Origin: Patescibacteria group bacterium
GTDB lineage: Bacteria > Patescibacteriota > Patescibacteriia > JAXHNJ01
DNA length: 64,000 nt
Reading direction: 5' to 3'
NCBI GenBank assembly: GCA_041649715.1
Contig: JBAZMP010000001.1
Location: 210,741-274,740, forward strand
Part shown: positions 34,743 through 47,349 of the stretch, in pieces
Layout of the letters: each line of letters begins with the position of its first letter
How positions within the stretch are numbered: the stretch's first letter is position 1
The notes under the pieces: generated by a model
The model's database searches: none
Told to the model about the DNA's origin: nothing
The model's input: the letters and a program-made list of their open reading frames with translations, nothing else
Program-made: the position numbers and the translations under genes

Positions 34743-36509
34743 ATGTCGGTTAATTATAAAAATTCGGGCAATTCGGCTCCGGAAGACGAACTTCTGGAGT
34801 TTTTACTGCAGGGAAAGTTGATCAACCGGACGCAGTATGAAGAGATAAAAAACGAGATGGCAAAAAGCAACCGGCCGTCAGATAAGATCATTGAAGAAAA
34901 AAAATTGGTCCGCGAGGATGATCTTTATCAGATCAAGTCAAAGATTTATAATTTGCCCTATCTGGATCTCTTCGGCCGGATCGTACGGGCCGAGGTTCTG
35001 AACATAATTCCTAAAGAACTGGCGGAAAATTATCGAATGGTCGCTTTCAATAAGTCTGACCAGGAATTAAGCGTGGCTATGGTGGAACCGACCAATTTCC
35101 GGGCCCTGGAAGCAATCGAGTTTATCGCCCGCAAAAACCACTTTAAGATCAAATATTACATCACTTCGCCCTCTTCTCTTAAATATATCCTTCGGCAGTA
35201 TGAAACGCTTTCCGCCGAAGTCGAAGAAGCCCTGCAGGGGGCCGAAACGGAAGCCATGGAGGTTAAGGAGATATCTTTGGCGGAAGAGGGTCTGGAGGAA
35301 GTGGTCAAAACCGCGCCGGTTTCCAAGATGGTTTCCGTCATATTAAGGCACGCGGTCGAGGGCAAGGCCTCGGATGTTCACATCGAGCCATTCGGGGCGG
35401 AGACACGGGTGCGCTATCGTATTGACGGTATTCTGCACACTTCGTTGATTTTACCCCGTCACGTTCATTCCGCCATTGTCGCCCGCATAAAAGTATTATC
35501 CAACCTGAAAATTGATGAAACGCGCGTGCCGCAGGACGGCCGCTTTAAGATGACTTACGAGGGCCGAGATGTCGATTACCGTATTTCCACCCTGCCTTTG
35601 ATCAATAACGAAAAAGTGGTGATGCGTATCTTGGATACCACGTCGAGCATGAGCAATCTGGCCGATCTTGGTTTCTGGGGCAAGTCGATGGAGATTATGA
35701 AAGCGAATATCGATAAATCACACGGCATGTTCCTTATCACTGGTCCCACCGGTAGCGGAAAATCCACCACTCTTTACGCCTTGATGAGCATATTAAATCA
35801 GGAAGAGGTCAATATCATCACTCTTGAAGATCCCGTGGAATACTATATGAAAGGCGTTAATCAAAGCCAGGTGAATCCGGAAGTGGGGCTGACTTTTGCC
35901 GCCGGCTTGCGGTCTATCTTGCGCCAGGATCCGGATATCATCATGGTCGGTGAGGTCCGGGACAATGAAACAGCCGAACTCGGCGTGCACGCCGCTTTGA
36001 CCGGGCATATTGTCCTTTCCACCCTGCACACCAATGACGCCATGGGGGCGGTTCCCCGGATGATCGATATGAAAGTGGAGCCCTTTTTGCTCACGTCTTC
36101 CGTGAACCTGATCATGGCCCAGCGTCTGGTGCGCCGCATCTGCCCCCATTGCAAAAAAGAAATTACCCTGGCTTCAACCCTGGAAGATGAGGTTATGGAG
36201 GAATTAAAAGTTATTCCCAAGGAGCATCAACCCACTGATATTAAATTGGTCAGACCATTTAAGATGTTCATGGGGCAAGGCTGCGTCCGGTGCGACAATA
36301 CCGGATATAAAGGCAGAATCGCCATTTGTGAGGTTTTGGAAATCAACGAACGGATGAAGAAGATAATTCTTGAGGGAGGCGACATGGTCCTTAAGATAAG
36401 GGAAGAATTCTTGAAACAGGGCAATTATTTTATGAGACAAGACGGTATTGTTAAGGCTTTCCGGGGATTGACCACCATTGAAGAAGTTTGGGACGCGACC
36501 CGATCTTAG
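34743..36509 (+). CDS. pilB: Type IV pilus extension ATPase PilB (GspE family)
   Basis: ASDVHIEP, PQDGR, GPTGSGKST, LRQDPDIIMVGEVRD, STLHTN, tetra-Cys motif. Confidence 0.95.
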   Translation: MSVNYKNSGNSAPEDELLEFLLQGKLINRTQYEEIKNEMAKSNRPSDKIIEEKKLVREDDLYQIKSKIYNLPYLDLFGRIVRAEVLNIIPKELAENYRMVAFNKSDQELSVAMVEPTNFRALEAIEFIARKNHFKIKYYITSPSSLKYILRQYETLSAEVEEALQGAETEAMEVKEISLAEEGLEEVVKTAPVSKMVSVILRHAVEGKASDVHIEPFGAETRVRYRIDGILHTSLILPRHVHSAIVARIKVLSNLKIDETRVPQDGRFKMTYEGRDVDYRISTLPLINNEKVVMRILDTTSSMSNLADLGFWGKSMEIMKANIDKSHGMFLITGPTGSGKSTTLYALMSILNQEEVNIITLEDPVEYYMKGVNQSQVNPEVGLTFAAGLRSILRQDPDIIMVGEVRDNETAELGVHAALTGHIVLSTLHTNDAMGAVPRMIDMKVEPFLLTSSVNLIMAQRLVRRICPHCKKEITLASTLEDEVMEELKVIPKEHQPTDIKLVRPFKMFMGQGCVRCDNTGYKGRIAICEVLEINERMKKIILEGGDMVLKIREEFLKQGNYFMRQDGIVKAFRGLTTIEEVWDATRS

Positions 36510-36545
36510 TCTCCCCAAAAAGTTAAAAAATTAATTTTTATGCAT

Positions 36546-36959
36546 ATGAGCGAAGAAAAAGCGAAAAAACAGGGCAAGCCAAAAGTATTGCTGGTGGAGG
36601 ACGATACCTTCCTTTCCGGCATGTACGTGACAAAATTGGGTCTGGAAAATTTCGCCGTCAGTTTGGCCTCCGACGGGAAACAGGGTCTGAAAATGATAAA
36701 GGACGAACTGCCGGATTTGATCCTTCTAGACCTGGTTTTGCCGAAAATCAGTGGTTTTGACATTCTTAAGGAAATAAAAAAGGATAAAAAAACAAAGGAT
36801 ATTCCGGTTATTCTGCTGACTAATTTAGGCCAAAAAAAGGACGTGGAAAAGGGTTTTGCCTTGGGCGCCAACGATTATCTTATCAAGGCTCATTTCATGC
36901 CTTCCGAGGTGGTGGACAAGGTCAAGAATATGATGAACAAAAAATATGCAGGCGAGTGA
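36546..36959 (+). CDS. Single-domain response regulator
   Basis: LVEDD, PDLILLDLVLP, LLTN, DYLIK. Confidence 0.9.
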   Translation: MSEEKAKKQGKPKVLLVEDDTFLSGMYVTKLGLENFAVSLASDGKQGLKMIKDELPDLILLDLVLPKISGFDILKEIKKDKKTKDIPVILLTNLGQKKDVEKGFALGANDYLIKAHFMPSEVVDKVKNMMNKKYAGE

Positions 36960-38019
36960 AAAAATATTTATCGACAAGATCCTTGCTATCGGCGCAGAAT
37001 ACCGCGCCTCGGATTTTCATTTGTCAGTCGGCAACCCGCCGATCTTGAGAGTGGACGGCAAGCTTATCCCTTTGGTCAGCGAACCCTTGCTGACGGTTGA
37101 TTTTATGAAGAATTTTGTCAGTTCTATCCTGGACAAAGATCAGCAAGCGATCTTGGAAAAAGAAAAGGAAATCGTCTTTGCCTACACCATGGAAAATAAA
37201 GCGCGTTTTAAGATCGGCATTTTTTACCAAAAAGGAAATCTTGCCGCCTCCTTGCGTCTGATTGCCAACCAGATCAAATCATTGAAAGAACTGGGTCTGC
37301 CCGCCATTGTGGAAAAATTCGCGGAATTAGAAAAAGGCCTGGTCATTCTGTCCGGCCCTTTCGGTTCCGGCCGGACCGCCACTTTAGGGGCGCTGCTTAA
37401 TACAATCAACAGAAACCGGGCCGAGCACATCATTACTATTGAAAAACCGATTGAATATGTTTACCTGAATAATAAAAGCATTATTGAGCAGAGAGAAGTG
37501 GGCAAGGACACGATGTCTTTTGAGCAGGCTTTAGTTACCGCGGCCCATGAAGATTTCGATGTCATTTACGTTTCCGAAGTGGAAAGTCTGCCCGTGGCCG
37601 AGAACGTCCTCAACGCCGCCGAATCTTCCCGCCTGGTGCTGACCACCATGAACACGGATTCCGTCCTGCGCACCCTGGAAAAGATTATTTCTTTTTTTCC
37701 CGACCAGAGACAGGCTGAAGCGAGGGACCAATTAGCCAGCGTGATAGAGGGTGTCGTTTCCCAGCGGTTGTTGCCGCGGGTGGGGGGCGGCCGGATCGCC
37801 GTGGCGGAGGTCCTGATCCCTAATGATGCCGTGCGGTCAGTAATCCGCGAAGGGGCCATTTACCAAATAAATAATATTTTGCAGACTTCCCGCGAGGAAG
37901 GGATGATTTCTCTGGACCGTTCTCTGGCGGAATTATTGCGAACGGGAGAAATACTGGCTGACGATGCGCTGGCCAATGCCGTGGATAAACAGAGTTTGAG
38001 ATTAATGATGCGGCGGTAG
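36946..38019 (+). CDS. PilT/PilU-family ATPase with degenerate catalytic motifs
   Basis: ASDFHL..G.PP..RVDG, QREVG.DT.SF, SQRL, AVRSVIRE; Walker A reads GPFGSGRT. Confidence 0.85.
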   Translation: MQASEKIFIDKILAIGAEYRASDFHLSVGNPPILRVDGKLIPLVSEPLLTVDFMKNFVSSILDKDQQAILEKEKEIVFAYTMENKARFKIGIFYQKGNLAASLRLIANQIKSLKELGLPAIVEKFAELEKGLVILSGPFGSGRTATLGALLNTINRNRAEHIITIEKPIEYVYLNNKSIIEQREVGKDTMSFEQALVTAAHEDFDVIYVSEVESLPVAENVLNAAESSRLVLTTMNTDSVLRTLEKIISFFPDQRQAEARDQLASVIEGVVSQRLLPRVGGGRIAVAEVLIPNDAVRSVIREGAIYQINNILQTSREEGMISLDRSLAELLRTGEILADDALANAVDKQSLRLMMRR

Positions 38020-38025
38020 GCGGGA

Positions 38026-38136
38026 GATTTTAAGATATTAAGTTGTTAGGTTGTTGAGAAATTGAGATATTCAGATATTGAGCGATTAAGATATAAAGTT
38101 ATTAAGATTCGTAATTCGTGATTCGAATCGCGAATC
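38026..38136 (+). repeat. Ten degenerate 8-mers followed by a short inverted heptamer array
   Basis: GATTTTAA GATATTAA GTTGTTAG GTTGTTGA GAAATTGA GATATTCA GATATTGA GCGATTAA GATATAAA GTTATTAA, then ATTCGTA ATTCGTG ATTCG. Confidence 0.75.
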
Positions 38137-38177
38137 CCTAGTTTCGAAATACATTATTAATAATAAATTAAAACATC

Positions 38178-39386
38178 GTGCCACTCTTCGAATATAAGGC
38201 CAAAAATAAATACGGCGGTTCCGTGACCGGTCGGATCGACGCTCCGAGCGAAAATGTCGCTCACGATATTTTGCGGGAAAAAGAGTTGATAATTCTTACT
38301 CTATCGGAAAAGCGGACCGTCACTTTGTTGCAGTCGACCTTTGGCTTCCTGAAAAGAGTGCCGCGCAAACAAGTGGTGCTGTTCTCCCGCCAGTTGGCCG
38401 TTTTGATTTCCGCGACGGTGCCCATCGTCCAGGCCTTGCGGATTTTGGTCAAGCAGCAGAAAAATATCAATTTCAAGATAATCCTTTCTGAGATCGCCGA
38501 CGAAGTGGACGGCGGCGCCCGGCTCTCCCAGACGCTGGGTCGCTACCCGCAGGTTTTCTCCGATTTTTTTGTCCATATGGTCCGTTCCGGAGAAACGACC
38601 GGCAAACTGGACGAGACCCTGAATTACCTGGCCGACCAGCAGGAGAAAGATTATGACCTGATGAGCAAAATAAAAGGGGCCATGATTTACCCCATTTTCA
38701 TTATTGGCGTGATCGGGGTGGTCGGAGTTTTGATGATGGTATTTGTCCTACCCAAGCTGACTGAAGTGCTAAAGGAGGGCGGAGCGCAACTCCCTCTTTC
38801 CACCCGGATCGTCATGGGCGCGAGCACTTTTATGCAGAAACAATGGTGGCTTTTGGTGATTATAGTCATCGGCATCGTTTTCGCCTATAACGCGATTAAT
38901 CGCAGTCAGGCTGGTCACCTGAAGATCGATATGTTAAAAATGCGGCTGCCGATTTTTGGCAGCATTTTCCAGAATATTTATATGGTCAGATTTTCCCGAA
39001 GCTTGGCCACCTTGCTGGTTTCCGGCGTCCCCCTCACCCGGTCTTTAGAGATCACCTCGGATATCATCGGCAACCGGGTTTATAAAAATCTGATCGAGGA
39101 AACGATCAAAGAAGTGGAGGCCGGTAAATCCATCGCCACGGTTTTCTTAAAAAGCAAAGCTATCCCCATTATGTTGCCGCACATGATGGCGATCGGCGAG
39201 CAGACCGGCAAACTGGACCTCATCTTGGATAAGATCTCCGGTTTTTACGCCCGCGAGCTGGAAACGACGGTGGAAAACCTGGTCAGCCTTATCCAGCCTT
39301 TGATCTTGGTCTTAATGGGTATCGCCGTGGCGGTAATAGTAATGGCGGTTTTATTGCCCATGTATAATCTTTCACAGGCTATTTAG
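38178..39386 (+). CDS. pilC: Type IV pilus platform protein PilC (GspF family)
   Basis: FSRQLA, GETTGKLD, AMIYP, GEQTGKLD, LLPMY. Confidence 0.95.
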   Translation: MPLFEYKAKNKYGGSVTGRIDAPSENVAHDILREKELIILTLSEKRTVTLLQSTFGFLKRVPRKQVVLFSRQLAVLISATVPIVQALRILVKQQKNINFKIILSEIADEVDGGARLSQTLGRYPQVFSDFFVHMVRSGETTGKLDETLNYLADQQEKDYDLMSKIKGAMIYPIFIIGVIGVVGVLMMVFVLPKLTEVLKEGGAQLPLSTRIVMGASTFMQKQWWLLVIIVIGIVFAYNAINRSQAGHLKIDMLKMRLPIFGSIFQNIYMVRFSRSLATLLVSGVPLTRSLEITSDIIGNRVYKNLIEETIKEVEAGKSIATVFLKSKAIPIMLPHMMAIGEQTGKLDLILDKISGFYARELETTVENLVSLIQPLILVLMGIAVAVIVMAVLLPMYNLSQAI

Positions 39387-39431
39387 TCCTTTTCTTTTCC
39401 TTGATTTTATGCTATAATTATAATAAGAAGT

Positions 39432-39460
39432 TTGACAATAGATCTTTTTAATGTTAAAAT
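39432..39460 (+). promoter_or_regulatory. Sigma70-type promoter of the major pilin
   Basis: TTGACA-17 nt-TAAAAT with TGn extension; AAGGAGGTGA RBS downstream. Confidence 0.7.
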
Positions 39461-39567
39461 AATATCAAAATAACATTTAAAATTAGCCATTATTATGGTT
39501 ATCAGCCCAGTCGATTGCTGGTAACTCTCGTAAATGGCGCAAAGAACTTAAGGAAGGAGGTGAAAAA

Positions 39568-40095
39568 ATGAAAAATAAAAAAAGAGGCTTCACTTTGATT
39601 GAACTATTGGTCGTTATCGCCATTATCGGTATTTTGTCAGCCATCGGCTTGGTCGCCTTAAACGGCGCCCGGGAAAAGGCCAGAGACGCCCAGAGGCGGT
39701 CAGATATCGCCCAAACGAGGACCGCTCTGACTTTGTATTTTGACGACAATAGTTCAAAATATCCTGTTACCGTAGCTGGCTCCGGCACTCCCGATGTATC
39801 AGCTTATGGTACTACGGCGGCAACAGCCCTTGGAGTATGGGCATCAGGAGGTGCTTTAGTGACTGGTTATCTGGCTCAAGAGTTAAAAGCCCCCGGCTCT
39901 GAATTAGACCATGCCTATAAGTATGACAGTGCTTCTACTGCTCGGCTTGAATATTATTTATATACCGATTTGGAGGCAGGGGTTGGTACCCATGTTTATG
40001 CCATAAATGAGGACGGAACCGTCACGGATTACGCGGACAACATGACGACTGAACCTAATTGCGCGGTTGGCGCCTGCACCGCACCGGCGGCGTAA
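39568..40095 (+). CDS. Type IV pilin, probable major pilin
   Basis: RG|[26 protein letters not shown]; own promoter, strong RBS and terminator. Confidence 0.92.
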   Translation: MKNKKRGFTLIELLVVIAIIGILSAIGLVALNGAREKARDAQRRSDIAQTRTALTLYFDDNSSKYPVTVAGSGTPDVSAYGTTAATALGVWASGGALVTGYLAQELKAPGSELDHAYKYDSASTARLEYYLYTDLEAGVGTHVYAINEDGTVTDYADNMTTEPNCAVGACTAPAA

Positions 40096-40120
40096 ATTTA
40101 ATCGTCAGCAAATTATTATA

Positions 40121-40160
40121 AAACAAGAGAGTTCTTATTTAACATAGGACTCTTTTGTTT
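40121..40160 (+). terminator. Hairpin terminator after the pilin gene
   Basis: AAACAAGAGAGTTCTTA...TAGGACTCTTTTGTTT. Confidence 0.6.
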
Positions 40161-40187
40161 GTGTCTAACAAATGCTATAATTATCTT

Positions 40188-40793
40188 ATGTGGCTGAAAA
40201 CTTTCTATTTTTTTGATGCGCGTTTTTTACTGGTCGTTTTTTGCCTGCTCGGTCTTTGGTTTTTTTGGCAGTACGTAAAATATAAGGAAATAAAAAGACA
40301 GGCCGTCATTTTCGCTTTTTTGATTTTTTTGGTTCTTTTTACTCTGTCGATTTTTTTGCCCGCCTGGCAAACCTACAAAAGTTTTGCGGCCAGCGACTTA
40401 AACCGGTATTACCTGCCTCCTTATTCAAATTATTATTATCAGATTCTGCAGCGCCAGCTGACCAATTATTTTTCCCATATCCTGGCCGCCCTGATCGCAG
40501 GCTTAATTTTTTGGCTGGTCAAGCGTTTGACCCATGGCCTGGTCATTGATCAGTCGGATGTCGGCCTGCTGGCCTTCGGCGCGCTAGTCGCCGGCTGGCC
40601 GAATCTGCTCATTTTTTTCGGCTTGGTGTTTCTTTTGGTCATTATCACCGGCCTTGTCCAGCTGGCTGTGATCAAAGAAAGATCTAACGCGCGTTTCATC
40701 ATCACCCCCTATCTGCCCGTCGCTTTGATTCTTACTTTATTTGTCGGCAACCATCTTTCTCTCTTGATCCATCTGGAAAAAATTCGATTTTAA
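40188..40793 (+). CDS. Polytopic membrane protein, C-terminal half similar to prepilin peptidase
   Basis: IDQSDVGL...AGW...ITPYL aligns by eye to IGGGDIRL...LGW...FAPFL of PilD. Confidence 0.6.
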   Translation: MWLKTFYFFDARFLLVVFCLLGLWFFWQYVKYKEIKRQAVIFAFLIFLVLFTLSIFLPAWQTYKSFAASDLNRYYLPPYSNYYYQILQRQLTNYFSHILAALIAGLIFWLVKRLTHGLVIDQSDVGLLAFGALVAGWPNLLIFFGLVFLLVIITGLVQLAVIKERSNARFIITPYLPVALILTLFVGNHLSLLIHLEKIRF

Positions 40794-40818
40794 GCCGTGT
40801 TTATGCTACAATTAATTT

Positions 40819-41229
40819 ATGGATCAAAAAGGCTTTAGTCTAAAAGAACTGCTTATCGTTATTTCCCTGGTTTTAGTGCTGATCGTTTTTGGGGTGGCCC
40901 TGATAAGCAGTGAAAGAGCCAAGGTGCGAGACGCCCGCCGGATGGCTGACCTGACCCAGGTGCGCTTCGGTTTTGAGGTCCTTTTTCAGGAGAAAAATTC
41001 ATACGCCGAGGCGGCGGCCGGCTGCAGCCAAGTGGGCAACCTGGTTTCTGCCTGTAGTTTAGGTGCCTATCTGGCCGATATCGCCTCCATCAAGGATCCC
41101 GGCCGGAGCCGCTATCAGGTGACCGTGGTGCCTAACGAGGAAAATTACGAAGTGACTTTCTTTCTGGAAAAGGGCTACGATAGCCTTAAGAAGGGCAAGC
41201 ATACCTTATCGGCGGTCGGCATCAGATAA
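40819..41229 (+). CDS. Type IV pilin-like protein
   Basis: KG|FSLKELLIV, RAKVRDARRMADL. Confidence 0.85.
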   Translation: MDQKGFSLKELLIVISLVLVLIVFGVALISSERAKVRDARRMADLTQVRFGFEVLFQEKNSYAEAAAGCSQVGNLVSACSLGAYLADIASIKDPGRSRYQVTVVPNEENYEVTFFLEKGYDSLKKGKHTLSAVGIR

Positions 41230-41405
41230 ATTGCTTTCTCCTATTGGTTTTTTGTTCTTGTCTTTGCCTGGAATATCATTAAACAAGGCTGTTTTTTGGC
41301 AAAACCGGCTTTAAAAAGCCTATTTTTCGTTAACCAGACCTTAAGCCATAATCCGCTAATTCCTCCCTTTAATTTGGGGTGAGAATTTGTTATAATAAAC
41401 TCATC

Positions 41406-42182
41406 ATGGAAACCATTTTTTCTTATATTCTAGTGGCTGTATTTGGCCTTATTATCGCCAGTTTCCTTAATGTCGTGATCTACCGCCTGCATGAGAAGAA
41501 ATCATTTATTAAGGGCCATTCTTATTGCCCCAAATGCCAGCACGCCCTGAAAGCGGCTGATCTGGTTCCCATTTTCAGCTTTATCCGGCTTAAGGGGCGC
41601 TGTCGCTATTGCCGTCAAAAAATCTCCTGGCAGTATCCACTGGGCGAAGCGCTGTTGGCCCTGGCCTTTTGCCTCTTGTTTTTTTACTTTAACTGGTCGT
41701 GGTCGTTCGTATTTTATCTGATCGATACCTGCTTTTTATTCATGATTTTCCTCTATGATCTTAAATACTTTCTTATCTTGGACCAGGTTAGCCTGCCGGC
41801 CATCGTTTGCGCTCTGATTTTCAGCATTATTATGGAAATGCCCCTCTTGGATCTTTTGCTTGGCGGTCTGATCGGCGGCGTTTTTTTCCTCGCCCAATAC
41901 GTGATTTCCCGCGGCCACTGGATCGGCGGGGGCGATATCCGTTTAGGCGTGCTGATGGGTTTTATTTTGGGCTGGGAGAAATTTTTAGTCGCTTTGTTCC
42001 TCGCCTATATCGCCGGTTCCCTTGTTTCACTTATTTTGATTATCGTGAAAAGAAGAAGCCTAAAAAGCCAGCTGGCCTTCGCGCCTTTTTTAGTGGCCAG
42101 TACCTTTATCACCCTTCTTTACGGCCAGCGGATTTTAGACTGGTATCTGGCGGGCAATTTAGTTAATTGGCTTCTTTATTAA
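41406..42182 (+). CDS. pilD: Prepilin peptidase/methyltransferase PilD
   Basis: SFLNVVIYRL, CPKC/CRYC Zn sites, YDL and GGGD aspartates. Confidence 0.93.
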   Translation: METIFSYILVAVFGLIIASFLNVVIYRLHEKKSFIKGHSYCPKCQHALKAADLVPIFSFIRLKGRCRYCRQKISWQYPLGEALLALAFCLLFFYFNWSWSFVFYLIDTCFLFMIFLYDLKYFLILDQVSLPAIVCALIFSIIMEMPLLDLLLGGLIGGVFFLAQYVISRGHWIGGGDIRLGVLMGFILGWEKFLVALFLAYIAGSLVSLILIIVKRRSLKSQLAFAPFLVASTFITLLYGQRILDWYLAGNLVNWLLY

Positions 42183-42183
42183 T

Positions 42184-42789
42184 ATGAGAAACAAGGGTCT
42201 AAAAAACGGTTTTACGCTCATCGAAATATTGATTTCACTCGGCATATTTGCTTTGCTTTTGGGCATCATCGTGAACGGTTTTATGAGCACGAAAAAAATT
42301 GAGAACATAAAACAAGGGGCCTTGGAGCTCGTCACTAATATCCAGAAAGCTCAGAATTTGGCCCTGACCGGCATTTCCCACAATAATGCCGTGCCGGTCG
42401 GCGGATACGGGGTTCATCTTAATAATCTTGCCAGTCAATATAATATTTTCGCAGATTTTTATTCCTCAGACGCTAACTGTAATGCCTCACAGCTGGATGG
42501 AAAATCGGACGAGAAGTATAATTGCGCTAAGGAAGATTACGCTATTATTAACTTGCCGGCAGGCGTTAGCATCTGCAAAATCGGCTCGGGCGCCTCAAGC
42601 GCCCCCAGCCTCGACCTGGCTTTTAAGGCGCCGGAATACCGGCCGTATATCAACGGACTGCTGGGCGGAACAACGCAGATCATATTGAAAATGAACGACG
42701 CGAATGTTTGCCGGAAGGTGACCGTGCAGGACATTGCCGGCCGCGCCAGCGAGCAAGTTATTAAATGCACTGATGCGGGCTGCCCATAA
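42184..42789 (+). CDS. Minor pilin (FimU/FimT-like)
   Basis: NG|FTLIEIL, AQNLAL, GYGVH. Confidence 0.85.
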   Translation: MRNKGLKNGFTLIEILISLGIFALLLGIIVNGFMSTKKIENIKQGALELVTNIQKAQNLALTGISHNNAVPVGGYGVHLNNLASQYNIFADFYSSDANCNASQLDGKSDEKYNCAKEDYAIINLPAGVSICKIGSGASSAPSLDLAFKAPEYRPYINGLLGGTTQIILKMNDANVCRKVTVQDIAGRASEQVIKCTDAGCP

Positions 42790-42801
42790 TTTATTATTCT
42801 T

Positions 42802-43464
42802 ATGCTTGATTTTGGAAAAAACAATAAATTATCCGGCCAGTCTCTGATAGAGACTATTATTGCCATTGGCCTGGTGATGACGGTTGTTATCAGTTCGATA
42901 ACCATGGGTGTTTATGTTACCCGGCTAGGCCGCGGCAGCCAGAACAACCTGGTGGCCGTAAATCTGGCCCGCGAGGGGCTGGAAGTGGTCCGCAATATCC
43001 GTGACGGAAACTGGCTGAAAAAAAGCCAAGGGGTGGAATATCAAGCCGGGCCGCCGATAGTATATTATCAATGGGACACGGGTTTAGATGGCTGCAGTGG
43101 CGCTAATTATTGTCTTGTGCGACCGGAGTTTACCACCGTTGGCGGTTTTCTCGTTTTTGATAAATGGGCGTTGCATAAAATAGAAAGCCCCTATTGTTTA
43201 CCTCCAGATATACAAAATAATGCCTGCCGTTTAAAAAGAGCGGTAGGAGTCAACACTTTTACAATCGATGATTTTCACCTATATAATCACAGGGCCACTG
43301 TTGTTAATAGAAATATTGCCACTGATTTTTATCGTAGCATCGGCATTTCCGAGCGGGATTTAAGCGGCGGCCGCACGGTTAAAGCCACGGTTAAATGGAG
43401 GGAAAATAATATTGATAAAAAAATCATCCTGGAAGAATATTTAACTGATTGGCGCTATGAATAA
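42802..43464 (+). CDS. Minor pilin (PilV-like)
   Basis: G|QSLIET, A.NLAREGLE.VRNIRD, V.W...YLTDW. Confidence 0.8.
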   Translation: MLDFGKNNKLSGQSLIETIIAIGLVMTVVISSITMGVYVTRLGRGSQNNLVAVNLAREGLEVVRNIRDGNWLKKSQGVEYQAGPPIVYYQWDTGLDGCSGANYCLVRPEFTTVGGFLVFDKWALHKIESPYCLPPDIQNNACRLKRAVGVNTFTIDDFHLYNHRATVVNRNIATDFYRSIGISERDLSGGRTVKATVKWRENNIDKKIILEEYLTDWRYE

Positions 43465-44170
43465 TATTTATCCCCTAAATAAAAAAGGCTTTACTCTGCT
43501 GGAATTGCTTGTTTCCGCCGCGATTTTTTCCATAGTCTTGGTGGTCGGGGTAGACTTGTTTTTTACCATCGTGAAAATCCAGAAAAGGACGAGTTACGTG
43601 CAGACGATCCAGGTAGACGCGAGAAATATCTTGGAAAATATGGCCCGAGTGACCAGGAACGGGGTCATTGACTACACGTATTACGCCGACCCCAAGGGTG
43701 ATGGTACTGATTCTACTCATAATAATGACAAGATAGAATTTAGCCAGCTTTACGATAAGACAAATAACAATAAAAAATTGGTGGTTCGCGACCAGGATAA
43801 TAACCAGTATTTTTTTCAAAGAGTGACGGTGACAGAGTCGGGCAAGGCGCGCGACGTGATCAAGGCTTGCACTTTTATGGTCAATGACGCCACTCAAGCA
43901 GCCGGCCGGTGCACAAACCCCGCTGATCCCAACTTAAACACGGCTTGGGAAATAGTTACGCCGAATAACGTGAAAGTGACTAATTTCCTGATTTTTGTCC
44001 AGCCGGGAGCAAACCCTTTTATTTTGGATAATAACAGCCTTACTTATTTGTCCAATGAACAGCCGCTGGTCACTATTGTCCTGCATACCGCTTCCACGGC
44101 CTCAGAAAAAAGCTATCAATTTAATTCATATCTGCAAACAACGGTTTCTTCACGCCTTTATTTAAGATAA
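43457..44170 (+). CDS. Minor pilin (PilW-like)
   Basis: KG|FTLLELL, QPLVTI, QTTVSSR. Confidence 0.85.
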   Translation: MNNIYPLNKKGFTLLELLVSAAIFSIVLVVGVDLFFTIVKIQKRTSYVQTIQVDARNILENMARVTRNGVIDYTYYADPKGDGTDSTHNNDKIEFSQLYDKTNNNKKLVVRDQDNNQYFFQRVTVTESGKARDVIKACTFMVNDATQAAGRCTNPADPNLNTAWEIVTPNNVKVTNFLIFVQPGANPFILDNNSLTYLSNEQPLVTIVLHTASTASEKSYQFNSYLQTTVSSRLYLR

Positions 44171-44175
44171 AATCT

Positions 44176-47054
<2,879 letters not shown>

Positions 47055-47057
47055 TAT

Positions 47058-47345
47058 ATGATTATTTCAAAGAAAGAAGTGGCGCATACCGCCGCCTTGT
47101 CTCGCCTGAAGTTAAGCGAAAAGGAAATAGAGAAATTTTCCCGGGAATTAACGGCTATTTTGGGTTATATCGGGAAGCTTAAGGAATTGGATACCGATAA
47201 AGTTGAGGCTGGCCTCAAGGCGTCAGGTTGGGAAAACAAGGTGCGGCCGGACAAAGTTCTGGCTTTTAAAGATGAAAAAAAAATACTCAAAAATGCCCCC
47301 AAGACCTCCACTAATTTTATCGAGGTAAAAGGAGTTTTTAAATAA
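47058..47345 (+). CDS. gatC: Amidotransferase subunit C
   Basis: EVAHTAALSRL...ILGYI..L.ELDT...RPD...NAP; precedes gatA. Confidence 0.9.
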   Translation: MIISKKEVAHTAALSRLKLSEKEIEKFSRELTAILGYIGKLKELDTDKVEAGLKASGWENKVRPDKVLAFKDEKKILKNAPKTSTNFIEVKGVFK

Positions 47346-47349
47346 AAAT

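Noticed and set aside
38026-38136. CRISPR array
   Set aside because: Units are 7-8 nt, degenerate and unspaced; no cas genes
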